Shown one piece after another: positions 43,671 through 56,912 of a DNA stretch of 64,000 nucleotides. Under the pieces are notes generated by a model. The model saw only the letters and a program-made list of their open reading frames with translations, did not search any database and was not told the origin of the DNA. This DNA comes from the human T2T-CHM13v2.0 reference genome, Homo sapiens. The stretch lies in NCBI RefSeq assembly GCF_009914755.1, contig NC_060928.1. One strand, 5' to 3'. Positions within the stretch are counted from its first letter, which is position 1. Every line of letters starts with the position of its first letter. The translations under genes were made by a program, and so were the position numbers.

Positions 43671-44716
43671 CTATGTTTAAATAAACAAACAAAAAAAAAT
43701 TTTAAATCAGCAGTTTATAATCATCACATAGAAATGCAATCAATGATGTAAAGGTGGTATAGGATCTTTATTTACATAGGCGTATTTGAGACCTATTTTC
43801 TGTAATTGATTAAGTATACCTAGCAAACATGGATGCCTGAGCTTCTAAATACAGACTTTCCAATAAGTAACTTCCCTTTTGTGATGCTACAGGATGAGAA
43901 GTGAGGCAATGCAGCATGGCCACTGTGGTTAATGTTTCCCAAGGCAAACCATTTTACATGTTGCTAAATGCATTCACATGTGCTTCTCTGGTTTTGTCTT
44001 ATAATAATTCTATGAGATAAGTACTGCAGGCATCATACCACTTCACATTCAAGGAAACTGAGTCACCAGAGGGTCCCATGATTGGCCCTAAGTCACAGGT
44101 CTCGGGATAAGTGACAAAGCTGAGGCTTGAATCCCATGTTGTTTTGTTAGGTCAGTGAACACACGTCTGTCCTCCTTACAATGCTCTTCTTGTAATGTCC
44201 TCCTTATAATAATCCATTGAAATGCATGCGATGGAATCCTGATACAATGATTTTGGTGGGTATACGTCAGGGTCAAAGATAAAGAACGTTCAAACATAAA
44301 ATATCACTAAGGAGTTTCCTGCACTGAACTCAGTGAATATTTTAGGTCAAAAAGAATTCCAAAGAAAGTAGTAAGATGGTAAGACAACTCACAAGTCTCT
44401 ATAAAGAAGCCACTATCTCAAAATCTTATAAAATAGCTAATTTGTATATTTTAACCAAGGGTGGCCACAAGAAGTTAAATCCCTAGATAATTTTTAAATA
44501 ATCAAACTCCTGAATTAGAATGGAATCAGAATGAAGAACAACTAATGTAACTCTGTTTACACAAAGATACTAGTAATCAAAATATATGAATGGTTACTCA
44601 GTCTTTTAAAGCTTTTCAAGTAAAAAAAATAAAGTTCAAAATACTAGATATTGCATTATACCGTTTTTCAGGTTAAGAGCAAGTATTTGAAATTGTCATG
44701 TTTTGCAATTACTTAC

Positions 44717-44751
44717 AGTGACAATGCCAGTATCTGTTTTGGAGTCGTCTT
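44717..44751 (-). CDS. BOD1L1: BOD1L1 exon 21
   Basis: poly(T)-AG|AA...ACT|GTAAGT; 35 nt; (K)DDSKTDTGIVT; phase 1 to 0; 77-nt upstream intron. Confidence 0.87.
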
Positions 44752-44828
44752 CTAAAAAAAAAAAATTCACTTAGAAAATCGGTTCGAAAATTTCTTGTGT
44801 GTGAACTGAAAACACACCAAGTACCTAC

Positions 44829-44904
44829 TCATTTTTAACGTTGTTTCTACAGGGTATTTGCGAGGTCTTCCTCTTTTCCTTTTAATAATTATTGGCTGAT
44901 CTTC
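44829..44904 (-). CDS. BOD1L1: BOD1L1 exon 20 (AT-hook KRKRGRPRK)
   Basis: CCCCCTTAG|GAA...ATGA|GTAGGT; 76 nt; EDQPIIIKRKRGRPRKYPVETTLKM; phase 0 to 1. Confidence 0.9.
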
Positions 44905-45933
44905 CTAAGGGGGAAATAAAAAACAACAACAGCAATAAGAAAAAAAATTTTATCCTTTATTATATAAAGTTTTCTCAAAAATCAGATTTAGAGTTCCTGT
45001 CTAAGAGACCTCAAATCCTAGCTTTGTCACTTTAAAAATATGTGATGTAGGGCTTAGTGTTTTATTTACTGATCTCACCATTGTTTCTTCAACCTGATAA
45101 ATATCACTAACTGTCATAAATTAATGGAGCCATGAGGATTTTGAGACAATGAAGTAATCAAAGTGTAACCTTTTACTTCTGTAATAAGTATGTATGTCCA
45201 TTTAATTTGGGATTTGGCCCAAGTTAGTTGTGACCAAATGATACCCTTATAAAAAATAAAGGGGTCCACTGAATATATCATACAGACAGAACAATAACAA
45301 ATGATTTAACAATGGGCAAACCTGGCAATGGTTATCTAGACCCGGCTAGTGCACAGGCTGTGTCTCTTGATTTATGGTGCTCAGTCTCAAGCCACTGCAA
45401 TTCTCTGCTCCACAGGCTCCCTGAAAATCTATGGGCTTACAGCAGGCAGGGCTGGGATGCTCTGTCTGTGCATGCAGCCTCCAGGAATCCATGACCTTGC
45501 CTCATGAACTAGGTCCCCTCGAGTATTCCCTGCATGCCTTCTGCACACCCTGCTGCTGTTCCTATTTCATCCTAGCTGGACTCCATGGCTCAGACAGCCT
45601 CCTGTTTGCTGCCATGTGCCTGGCCTGGCAGCTCAGCATTGCCAGGCCAGGAACCTGACATTGCCGCTGACGTAGAGCACTAAGCTGATCCTATCTGGCT
45701 ATGACATAAGTGGGTCTCATACAAATGTTTTGAAGAAACAAAGATGAAGAGAAAAAAATTAATCAAAATGACACTGATAAAATGCACTGTATGAAATGGT
45801 GTTCCATTGCACTAAAAAAACCGCAGCTTCTTCAAAGTACTTAAGAAAAACTCAAGATAACAGTATTTAATGAATTTAATTTGGTTAGTGCTTAAATAAT
45901 TGTGAACAAACAAATACGAAAAGCACATCTCAC

Positions 45934-46007
45934 CTCCTGAGATTTTATGGTGTCATCATCGTTCTGCTCTGGCTTTTCACCAGTAGTTTCACTGCTGCTA
46001 TATTCAT
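45934..46007 (-). CDS. BOD1L1: BOD1L1 exon 19
   Basis: TTTTCTACAG|AT...GAG|GTGAGA; 74 nt; (D)EYSSSETTGEKPEQNDDDTIKSQE; phase 1 to 0. Confidence 0.9.
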
Positions 46008-46348
46008 CTGTAGAAAAGGAAGAACTTTGTTCAATGCTAGTGACCATGGTCAGCCTTCCCCACCTTTACCCAGGTGACCTACACAGCTGCAGCCACACAT
46101 AACCACACACTCCATTTTCATGTTTCTACCATCAAAATTAACAAGCCTGAGTTTGGGTGACTAGTAAACAGCACACTTTGAGTATAGCAGGATCCAAATT
46201 AAAAATGATTCCCTAGCCCTATTAATCTTAAGCATGAGGCACTTTATTACACAGGAAAAGTAAATGAGCAAAATAGACGTTTCGGTTGAGAGACACGCTG
46301 GCTGCTTTGAAGGCTCAGTCAATTTACCCAAGCAGATATTTTACTCAC

Positions 46349-46433
46349 CTTTTTCTTCCATGACCCTTGAGGTAGTGCTATTTGTCTCAGAACTGGTTTT
46401 AGGTAATTCTTCCAAATCTCTGGAGTTCTCTTC
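46349..46433 (-). CDS. BOD1L1: BOD1L1 exon 18
   Basis: CTATAG|GAA...AAAG|GTGAGT; 85 nt; EENSRDLEELPKTSSETNSTTSRVMEEK; phase 0 to 1. Confidence 0.9.
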
Positions 46434-48042
46434 CTATAGAGAAGTTGAAAAAGACTAGAACCTTCTTCAAACTGAAGCCTTCGTCCATTCATCCTCCCCA
46501 CACAAGTTTGCCTTTCTATTTCAAAAAAACTTCCTAGCTCTTTTTAAGGATAGTTTTTGGAAAATGTTTTTGAAGTGTAACTATTATTGCTGCTAGTGAG
46601 ACCATAAAAAAAATAAACATTCTGAGAACAGAAAAGCATGAGATAAGGTTCAAGTACAACATATCAAGGCCATTTTCTTTCCTGCAAAATAGAAATTGTT
46701 CTTCTCCTCCCTCTACTTGGATTTTGTCTTTTTAAGACAAACTCCAAAGGAAGAATGGACAGATACTGGCAACAGATATTTATCTTTGTGGAGTGATGGA
46801 GGGGAGAGATGTGGGGAAGCAATAATTTGGGAGGTGCCAAAGGGAATTTCTGGGTATCCAGATGGGCTGACTTGGAGCAGTGATCTTTCAGCAATTAAAT
46901 TATCCCCCCATAGTGGCAAGAAAGTTCTCAGCATGAAATGCCAAAATGTTTCAACTATAATACTAATATAGTATATAAACAAAAATACATAAAGTAGAAT
47001 AAGATCAAGATGAAATAGGAAACTAAAGCTTTAATTTTACTTTAATGGCCCATTATAAAAAATTGTAAATCCTCATTTCTATTAATGTTAATTTTACTTA
47101 TTTTTTAATAGAAATATATTCTTGTGGTTCAAAATTTAAAGGGGTCTATAATGAAATGCCCTCACCCCCGATTTCCCTACTTGGATGCATTCAATGTCAT
47201 TGGGTTTTGATATAGCCTTTCAGGGACTGGAAGGGGATGGATATAAAAGCAATTCCACATTTCACACAGTCTACTGAAACAGTGGAATTTCTGGCCCACT
47301 TCATGTCAGATATGATTAGATCTTCATTCTTTTTTACCTAACAATGAGGATGACACAGAGCTTCTGCTACTTCCTAGTAAAAGAAGTGTCAGCTCAGCCA
47401 TTTCTCTTATTATTTGTTTGTATCTGCATTACAAATATTATCTTTGTCTTATGGGGTTTTTTGTTGTGGTTATTTTTGCCGAAACCTCAAACCAGTGTCG
47501 GTATTGGGAGGGTCAATTCAATTAAAACAAGGTAAACAAACTCTGCAAATTCATTTAGTTGAGCATCTGTAAACTATTAAGTCATATAATGCTGAAAGTG
47601 AACAAACAAGTGAGGGGCTCATTCTCAAGTCCTCTGTGTTGTGGGACTCCCAGCTACCCTTAAGGTACTTTGACAGTACTACATAACTAGGTCCAAGACA
47701 TGCAATAATGTGCAAGACTAACAGGTGATGTCAGAGGAGAGCTCACTTTCAGTGATGGCACCAGGGCCAACAATCTATACAGTAAATATTAGTAGAGATT
47801 ACTTTTTAAGATTTTTAGATAAAAGGCATATATAAATCGTGGTTCTACCATTTCTTCTCACATTCTGATGGCTTGTCGTACATCCAATTTGGGAGGGTGT
47901 TGATTTAGAGGATGGAAGGTCAACTCGTTTGGGAAAGCCAAGGAGAAACCTATTTGCTCTGTTATCAGCACATCAACACTGAGGCTTCACTGAGACACTC
48001 ATGCTGCACTGCCATTTTCAGCTCAGGACCTCTTCAAGTGCT

Positions 48043-48135
48043 CTGTGTGTGTGTGTGTGTGAGAGAGAGAGACAGAGTGTGTGAGATGGAGAGAGTCAGC
48101 ATGTGTGCGTGTGTGGCGGGGAGAGAAAGAGAGAG

Positions 48136-48181
<46 letters not shown>
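48043..48181 (+). repeat. Compound (TG)n/(GA)n microsatellite
   Basis: Seen directly. Confidence 0.95.
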
Positions 48182-48183
<2 letters not shown>

Positions 48184-49341
48184 GGAGCGAGTTTAGGAGC
48201 AGGCAGAAGTTTTTGGGGTCTTCTCCCTCATTTCAGCCAGAACATCTACACTTTTATCTGTTTCATATAGTGGGCTGAAGATGTCCTGCACAAAAGTCTT
48301 CAAACCATTGGACGAACTGCATTTCTGTTTTTGAACTGGCTCTTTCAGAGCCAACACTTGGTCCTGTAAGCACTTAATCAGATCCTGATGACACGCACGC
48401 AACTCACTTTTTATTTCCTGCTTTTATTTTTCCAGTGCCTGGAATTTTTTCACGTATTCAATTTTGGTCTTTTGGTCTTACTATACACATTTTAGAATAA
48501 TGACTTTATTGATTTTATAAAATGGCACATATTTACTACACAGAAAACTTTAACAGAAATGATGAAATCACTCCCAATTTACTGTCCAAAAATTACTAAT
48601 ATTAAGATGATATTAAATAAATGCTATTGCAGACAGCTTTCCATGTAACATTCTTCTGTAGTAACTGAAAATACTGTGTCTATAAAACTGCTTAATGAAA
48701 ATAAATTGATTTTATTTAAATTTAACATTAAAAAATCACGAAATTTAAGAGAAAATGAAATGATACCCCTTCAATCTGCTTTTCTTCAAATTTAGAAGTA
48801 TTGTCTCAGGATTTTTGATTTTGGACAGGGCAGGGTGAGGGATAGTTTAAGAGCCTGTTTCTTCCTTTGGTCAGAACCAACTAAAATTCATGACAATATG
48901 CCACTTTCCCTCTTAGGTTATTAAACCTTTTCCTACTTTTTATTTAGTTCTTCGGTTACTGGGGAAAAAAAGAGACCAAAGTCTGGTTTTAGAGAACTGG
49001 AAGTCAGCTCAAATATTTTCATAACTGGACTTAAACACTTTTGGAATAAGGCGTCTAATAATTTATAAAAATATAAATTAGAGAAAGAGAGAGGAAAAGA
49101 TGGAACTAGTTTAGACAGATAATGAGAAATTTTAGAGTACTGAGTCTCAGAAATGGAAGAACACCCAAGAAGAGGTATCTAGTAGGGAATGAAAAAATCT
49201 GGGCCTACAACAAGAGACGGCAGAACACAAATACAAATTTGTGAGGAGGTTCTGTGAGTCATAAGATGAAAATAAAACCATAGGAAAAAAGGCAATGGGT
49301 GAGGCCAATCCTTAGAGTACCCAGATTTTAGAGGCAGGAGG

Positions 49342-49705
49342 TGATATGATTTGGCTGTGACCCCACTCAAATCTCATTTTGAATTATAGGTCCCATAATC
49401 CCCACTTGTAGTGGGAAGGATGCAGTGGGAGGTAATTGAATCGGGGGGCAGGTTTGTCCTGTGCTGTTCTCCTGACAGTGAATAAGTCTCCTGAGATCTA
49501 ATGCTTTTATAAAGAGGAGTTCCCCTGCACATGCCCTCTTGCCTGTTGTCATGTTAAGACGTGACTTTGCTCCTCCTTTGCCTTCTACCATGATTGTGAG
49601 GCCTCCCCAGCCATGCGGAACCGTGAGTCAATTAAACCTCTTTCCTTTATAAATTACCCAGTCTCAGGTATGTCTTTATTAGCAGCATGAGAACAGACTA
49701 ATACA
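49342..49705 (+). mobile_element. THE1-type MaLR solo LTR with 5-bp TSD GGAGG
   Basis: TGATATGATTTGGCTGTG...GAACAGACTAATACA; TSD at 49337-49341 and 49706-49710. Confidence 0.93.
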
Positions 49706-50094
49706 GGAGGTAAGCTAGAGAGCAGAGTACTAATAATAACTGTATTTCAATATTTTGGTGCAAGTATATCTGTGATAAAGCACATTATACTTTTGGAAGA
49801 AAGCATTTAGAAACCTCAAGAAATCAATACTACTACTGAACAAAAACCTAAGCAATGTTATATCTAAATTGTAATAATTAACACGATCTTGCAGTTTAAG
49901 AATTATAAAGTGCAACATTTGATTTTTGGGAGGAGACTAAAAAATAGACACCTTTTATAATAAAGTGATTATTATTAGAGACATTTAAAGAGGGATAGTA
50001 AAATGAAAAAAATATTATACTAAGTATTTACAATGCTGTAATTAGGCCTCCCTACCCCCACCCAAAACTTAAAACTAATATGTGGAAAAAATAC

Positions 50095-50174
50095 CTTTGT
50101 GTCATGTGGCTCCGTTTCAGGACACTGCCTTTGTGCTGTTTCTATTCTGGAATCCAGGACATCTGGATTATCAT
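50095..50174 (-). CDS. BOD1L1: BOD1L1 exon 17
   Basis: TTACAG|AT...AAG|GTATTT; 80 nt; (D)DNPDVLDSRIETAQRQCPETEPHDTK; phase 1 to 0. Confidence 0.88.
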
Positions 50175-50799
50175 CTGTAAATCAGTTTAGACAGAATCAC
50201 AAAGGAACAAAAGCTAAATGAAAAATGAAATGCATAGTTCTATTTTAAGACTGTTTGAGCCTTCTTTCTTAGGCCTGTGATACAGAGAAGCCAAAAGTTA
50301 CTCTATATTTATAATATCATGTGATTTGAGCACTGAACACTTGCCTTTCGCCCTGGCAAAGTAAAAATAAAACAAAATACAAAAATCCCCATATGTTCAC
50401 ATGACACCAATGAAGTAGTGGGTTCTATGGGAAGGGCTTAGCGTATAGTTTCCAGAGATACTTTAACTTTCTAAATGAGTTACCACCTAAGAGGTATAGC
50501 TTAGTAATTGAGACCATGGGCTTTGGAATCAGATTTATGTGGTGAAGATAAAGTCGTAATTTTTCAGAACCTTAATCTCTTTATCTATAAGATGACAACA
50601 CCACCTAACTTACAGGTTTATTGTAAAGATTAAATGGGAATGTGTATAATGTACCATGGATAGTACCTGAATACATCAGGAACTCATTAAATTGCTACCA
50701 AATAATATAAAATATAAATATTTCATTCTTCACTCATTCTTTCTCATGTAGTCATTCAATAAGTATTGAACTTCTCCTTTGTGTCAAGTATTAAAGGTC

Positions 50800-51000
50800 A
50801 CTGCACTGTTCAACATGATAGTCACTAACCACATCTGGCTACTGAAATATAAAATAATTAAAAAACAATTAAAAATTCAGTCTTTCATTTCCACTGACCA
50901 CTTTCAAGTGCTCAATAGTGACATGTGGCTAGTAGCTTCTGTATTAGACAAAATAAATGTACAAGACTTCTATCACTGTAGTTCTACTAGAGGGCACCGT
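50800..51000. mobile_element. MER3-like hAT MITE (MIR at ~50495-50700 just upstream)
   Basis: ccacatctggctactga...caagtgctcaatagtgacatgtggctagt. Confidence 0.6.
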
Positions 51001-51397
51001 TACAGACCATGAGAAAATCAACAGTATGAAGCACAGAATGGGTGTTAGAGGCACTTTTGGACTAAAGTGCTTCACTAGCTCTGTAGGGCATCTGCTTATG
51101 ATATAAAATACAGACTGTAGTGGCACCTGGCTGGGCCCCAGGGTGTGGTTCCAGAGAGAGCCTGTCTTTGTCTGAGATCCAGCGGTTGGGTCTTCTGCAG
51201 GAAGCAATCTAGTTTCTAGATTGGGGTCCAGAAAGGACTCCGGAGGTATCAAGCCAGTCTAGAAACAAATTAGCCTCAAGACTTGTGAAGTAGAGAGTTA
51301 CTATCCTCAAAAATTCTCTATGTTTTTGGCTCACTCTTTTGGATATAAAAATAATGATTTTCAAAGATGTCTAAAACAGAAACATAAATATAAATAC

Positions 51398-51470
51398 CTG
51401 GTTCATCTTCTGAAGAGAGATAATGCTGCTTTCTTTTTCTTTTAGGCATATGCCTTTCTTCCTCTTCAAC
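51398..51470 (-). CDS. BOD1L1: BOD1L1 exon 16 (NLS-like PKRKRK)
   Basis: TTCCAG|GTT...CCAG|GTATTT; 73 nt; VEEEERHMPKRKRKQHYLSSEDEP; phase 0 to 1. Confidence 0.88.
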
Positions 51471-51602
51471 CTGGAATTAAGAATGACTATATCAAAGGCC
51501 ATAGAATCTTGATTCAAATAAACTGAAAGAGGAGCACACTGTACTAGATTCTAACCTTTGGAATAAGTTAATATATAAATTTTTTAAAAATCTAGAACAC
51601 TT

Positions 51603-51906
51603 GGCCGGGTGCAGTGGCTCACACCTGTAATCCCAGCACTTTGGGAGGCCCAGGTGGGCGGATCACGAGGTCAGGAGATCAAGACCAACCTGGCTAACAC
51701 GGTGAAACCCCGTCTCTACTAAAAATACAGAAAAAAATTAGCTGGGCGTGGTGGCGGGTGCCTGTAGTCCCAGCTGCTTGTGAGGCTGAGGCAGGAGAAT
51801 GGCGTGAACCCCGGAGGCGGAGCTTGCAGTGAGAAGCGTTCACACCACTGCACTCCAGCCCGTGCAACAGGGGGAGACTGTTTCAAAAAAAAAAAAAAAA
51901 AGAAAA
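51603..51906 (+). mobile_element. AluY with 17-bp TSD AAAAATCTAGAACACTT
   Basis: Y diagnostics ctggctaacacggtgaaac and ggcgtgaaccc; TSD on both sides. Confidence 0.93.
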
Positions 51907-52420
51907 AAAAATCTAGAACACTTGATATTTAGATTTGGATTAGACTAATTTTGTAAACTTTAGTCTCTTTTCTGGGTTTGAATGCAAATTCATACAACAC
52001 ATGCTGTTTCTAGCTACATACTATATTTCAATAATTCTAAAACGCATTTAAAAAAATTATTTATCATTTCACCATTTCTGAAGTCAAGCTATATATATCT
52101 TACAACTGATGGCACATCACAATTAGTATTTTTCTACTGTCTTAGTGGCTTATTAAAAATGGACTTCTTATGGTTGATGAAAGGTGCATGAAAAACCATT
52201 CTGACTGTACAACGTGGGCACTTCCAAACAGTCCTGGGAACTGCCAAATTGCCTAAACATTGAAAGGGCATATACAGGTAAAAGTGACATGTGGAACTCT
52301 CAGTATACCCATTTAATATTTAATTTATACAAAGAAATAAAGCCTTTCTAAAGCCCTTCTTTGTGTACAGTGAAAATATTATGTATAAAATATCAAACAC
52401 TTGAGTTTATTAAAATGCAC

Positions 52421-52491
52421 CTCTTTAGGATCTGCTTCAACACTGTGACCGCTTATGGCTTCTGCGTTGTCTTTTCTACCACTGGATATCT
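52421..52491 (-). CDS. BOD1L1: BOD1L1 exon 15
   Basis: CTCAG|AG...GAG|GTGCAT; 71 nt; (E)ISSGRKDNAEAISGHSVEADPKE; phase 1 to 0. Confidence 0.85.
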
Positions 52492-54084
52492 CTGAGTAAT
52501 AAATACAAAAAAGAAAAAAAAATCTTAAATATTTTTATATTCCAATACTTACTTAGGTATGTGTTAGGGGGCTGGGAGAAAACTGAGTTAGTAACTTTAT
52601 TGAGTACCAGTTATATACAGGGCATTGTGGTAGATAGTCACAAATGATTTTTGATGGGATCCTCCACACAACTCTGTCAGTTAAATTCTCTTTTTTCCAC
52701 TTGTAGATGTGAGGGAATGGGGTTCAAGAAGGTCAGTAACATGTCTGGGGTAACAACACTGGACTTTACACAGAAGACTTCAAGGCCCTTCCCCCCAGTT
52801 TGTGTAGCAACACAGTATTAAGAAGCATCACTGAAAATAATGAATCATTGCATCATAATCATCAGGCTAACAAACAGTCAGCAAACAATACCAAATATGG
52901 CAGATGGTGTTGAGTGACAACTGGTACACCACTTGGGGTCAATTTAGCACACGCAGTAAAGTTGAAGAGGTGCCTATAACTGAGCAATTCCATACCCAGA
53001 ATTACAAGTACACTACATAAGCACTGGGAAAGGTATGAGAACATACACAGTAGCATTCTTTGTAATTGGGAAAAGTTTCAAAATACCTACATGTGCAAAA
53101 TAATGTACAAATGAAGCAAAAAATACTAACTGTGGTATATTCAAAAGCAATTAAAATAATTAGAGTTAATATAAATCAACAGAACAAAATCTTAGAACGC
53201 TGCTGAATGAGCAAATAAGGTGGGGAGGGTTTATGTAACGTGAGACCACATATTTACCTAAAGCAGGCAACATAGGTTACATATTGTTTATGGACCTATA
53301 TATAATTAATGCAGAATAGTGGTTCCTTTTGGAGTGGGATTAAAAGGAAAGAGATTGGGATTGGGAAGGGGTAAATGGGGATTCCACCATAACTGTTAAC
53401 ATTTTTTAAAAGGTATGTGAAGCAAATATACTAAATTGTAAGATAGGGCAAAACTAGGTTGGGGGCACATAGGTGTTTATTACTGCTTTACTTTTGTTTG
53501 AAATATGGTATACATTATAAAAATAACTGTCTAAGTAAATAAGCCTCTCTCCCCACTCCTATAATAGGAAATTAACAAAATTAGTAGGCATCAAGAAAAT
53601 TCTATGTTCTGTTTGAGAAGGGAATTTTCTGTTCAGAGTTGGCAGCCTGCACGGGTTGTGTGGCCACCAGACCTCACCCCTGGGAGAAGACCCACATAAA
53701 TGTGACATCCTTGATATGCTACCATCCTAAACTGCCTGTCAGAAGTTAACACATTTCACAGTTGGGTACTTGCAATCCACAGGGGGCTATTCGTTTTGTA
53801 TTTATGTTGGATTGAGTCAACTGGGAGATTAATGGCAAAGTTCTAGTAGCTATTTAAAGCAAGACATCACTTTTAAGCTGTATGGCTTGGAATAAGTCAC
53901 CTGGCCTAAGACTCGTTCTCCTCAACTATACTCCTGATGCTGTTAACTATCACTTTACTGAATTTTTATGAATTAAATGAGAGAAAGTATGTAAAATAAT
54001 TAACACAAGGCCTGGTATACAGACCACACTCAATAAATGTTAACTATAATATTAAAACTATAACTATGAAATTCATTAACTTAC

Positions 54085-54145
54085 CTCCTTTGTTATAAGA
54101 TTCGCTATGAATTTCTTCATTTGTTCTGAAGCCTGAATTTTCAAC
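54085..54145 (-). CDS. BOD1L1: BOD1L1 exon 14
   Basis: TTTAG|GTT...GGAG|GTAAGT; 61 nt; VENSGFRTNEEIHSESYNKG; phase 0 to 1. Confidence 0.88.
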
Positions 54146-55621
54146 CTAAATATACAATATAAAAGATATTTATGGATAGTCTCACAAAAATTTAAAGGCA
54201 AAAAGAAAGAAGAGAGAAGGTAATTTACATAACCTGGCTATTTGTACAAATGCCAAAAGGAATTGGGGTACATATTCTTTTTAATTTCACCCAGAAGCTC
54301 AAAAGCATGCAGCATCTTCTTTTTGAAAAAATTTCAGTTTAACAAATTATTGTGCTTATTCTGCCTGTCCTTAAAGCAGCCAATGGCAAAAGAGTAAGAA
54401 TAAATAAGAGAAAAATTTTCTGAATTCCATAAATTTCCCTTCCCATCCAAATCCTGCATGATTTTCTTTTTTCTTTATTTAAAAACTCTATAGGATTCTG
54501 TAATAAGATTTCCTATTTGGCAAATCTTATCAGTTCTACTGTTTTTCTTTTTTTAAACTGAGGGGAAAGGCTCAGAATATCCTATAATATCCTAAGTCCT
54601 AGCTACAGACTTTTGCACAAATTTGGAAAGGACATTTATGCTCGACTGGGGAAAAGACAGCTGCTGGTGGACTCAAGGGACTGAGGTAGGATGGAGAACA
54701 TGCCAGCTGGCTCGGTAAGCTCCAACCCCATTTAAAGTCTTTTTAAATTTTAAAGTGTATTTTATTAAAAAAAAAATTTTTTTTTTAAATAAAAAATTAT
54801 GCTATGTTGCCCAGGCTGGACCCAAACTCCTGGGCTCAAATGATCCTCCCACCTCAACTTCCTCAGTAGCTGGGACTATAGGCCATGCCACTGTGCCCAG
54901 CCATAATCTTTTTAACTCTTGGATGGCAAACTTGAACCACACCAAGTGGTGCTTTTCTCTTTCTTCTTATTCAGCATATGGTGTATGAGTTTCTAGCTAC
55001 AAAACAGAGTGCTTGATGAGGAAGTACTCTGATCCCGCGGTTCACTGATAGTACCCCAATTCCTCTAGGAGCATTGGAAAGAATGCAGTTGTCTGCACAT
55101 TTGGAAACATTTTATAAAATGTTCACTCCTGGTACAATACAAGGTTCCTTATAAATACATTAAGACAGAAAGACCAAAAACAAGACTCTTTCAAGAATGA
55201 ACGGGATTATGAGAGCCACATCTGGGAAAAAATATGTACACATAGCAGTTACAGGTTAGTATCTTGAGAAAAGCTTTCTAAAAACATAAAGTGAAATTTA
55301 ATTCTCAAACTAAAATCTATTTTGTCTATAGCACCAGGATGATTTAAGACATCAAAATCTAATTTTCAATCCCGTTATAATAATAAACAATAGAAAGTTC
55401 AAAGTTCTTTGTCAGTGGGTATAGGTGAACATGGAAAAGAGCTAGTGAAAGCTGCTGTCAGGATGCTGAACTCAAATGAAGAGTACACTACCAAATGCCT
55501 CCTGGCTACTACAGAAATACACAGGCAACCCCTTCAGATGGCTCCTCCTCAATAGCTCTCCAAAAAAATAAAATTAAAAAACCCAATAACCACAAAAATC
55601 AAAACCATTACAGTGACTTAC

Positions 55622-55665
55622 ATTTAGTGATTCATTCACCAACAAAGGCTCCCTCTGGAGTTCAG
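55622..55665 (-). CDS. BOD1L1: BOD1L1 exon 13
   Basis: AACAG|CT...AAT|GTAAGT; 44 nt; (A)ELQREPLLVNESLN; phase 1 to 0. Confidence 0.85.
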
Positions 55666-56682
55666 CTGTTCAAAAATAAAAATGAGATGTAAAGAAACTG
55701 AATATTGTTTCTGAAATGCAGAGAAACAAATTTGAAGATTTTTAGGATAGGGAACCTATCCTATGTCACCAAGTGGCTTAGCTGCTTTCATAAATTATAA
55801 AAATCTGACCAGTTATTTCCCACAATCAATCCATGTTGTACTACCAGAATATACTACCAGAAAAAGACAACATAAATTAATGTTGCCTGCATTTTTTATA
55901 ATAACGGCAGTGGTATATTACATCACTATGGTGATTTAACTATGTTGGTGATCTGAAGCTTAGAAAAAAAGTAAAAGACCTTAATGTAGCTGTTAAGCTG
56001 CAGTATAACACTGGTTCATTTAAAATAATAGCGTCAAATGAAAAGTTAGATCCTATCCCCTCCAACAGCAATGGTCTGTTTATATTCTTTGGAAACATGA
56101 AGTACAAAGTCTACTGTTTCTACTCAACAATGACAGAACACACATTTTTCTTTTAAACAACTTCCTTTTACGTAAGTAGATCTCTTACTGAACTGTACCT
56201 AAACACAGTAAAGTTATCTGAAATATAACTGTGGGAACAACGGACTTCAGAATCCAAAAATGTTAGCTTCTTGACAATTAACAAATGAGACGTTAATTAT
56301 TTGTAGTATAAAACACCCATGCACATTTTAATTAATGTATCTTTCCAAGTTTTGAATAGATTAGTCATCTTCAGGGTTTTAACATGTCAGTATAAATGAC
56401 TTACCAAGTCTTGGTGTGGTCTTCCAGGACTGGCTGACACTTCTTACGAGTCTTCTGAGACCCTTTCAGATGGTTTTGTGTAAGAAGGTCCTCAACTGCT
56501 CCCACTCCCCAAACCTCCCCAGATAGTCATGGGTGAGGATTTATATGCACTATTCACTTAATCTGAATCATTCCACATCTACTGCCCTTCTCTTTGCCTT
56601 GTGCACTTAATGCATACCTACTCATTATTCAATATTTAGCCTCAAATGAGTAACAAGTACTTATAAAAATTCAAAACGTATA

Positions 56683-56912
56683 CAGGTTGAGCATCCCAAA
56701 TTCAAAAATGAGAAATCTGAAATGCTCCAAAATCTGAAATTCTCTGAGTACCAACATGACTCTCAAAGGAAAGGCTCACTGGAAGTTTGACTTTGAATTT
56801 TTAGATACGGGATGCTCAATGAGGTATAATGCACATATTCCCAAACCCTAAGAAATCTGAAATTCGAAATACTTCTGACCCCAAGCCTTTTGGATTAGGG
56901 ATACTTAACCTG
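56683..56912. mobile_element. Tigger4/MER46-like MITE with TIRs and TA target duplication
   Basis: TA|CAGGTTGAGCATCCC ... GGGATACTTAACCTG|TA. Confidence 0.85.

Noticed and set aside
46664-46700. Acceptor-like TTTCTATTTTGCAG| followed by ERKWP-stop (possible poison exon)
   Set aside because: No matching donor found, and such acceptor-like strings are common in AT-rich introns.
49598-49616. PRDM9 hotspot motif in the THE1 LTR
   Set aside because: The sequence is CCTCCCCAGCCATG, lacking the T and final C of CCNCCNTNNCCNC, so it is the non-hot version.
56399-56470. Perfect GTAAGT donor at 56404 as a cryptic BOD1L1 exon
   Set aside because: No polypyrimidine tract/acceptor found upstream, and exons 12 and 13 already join in frame.
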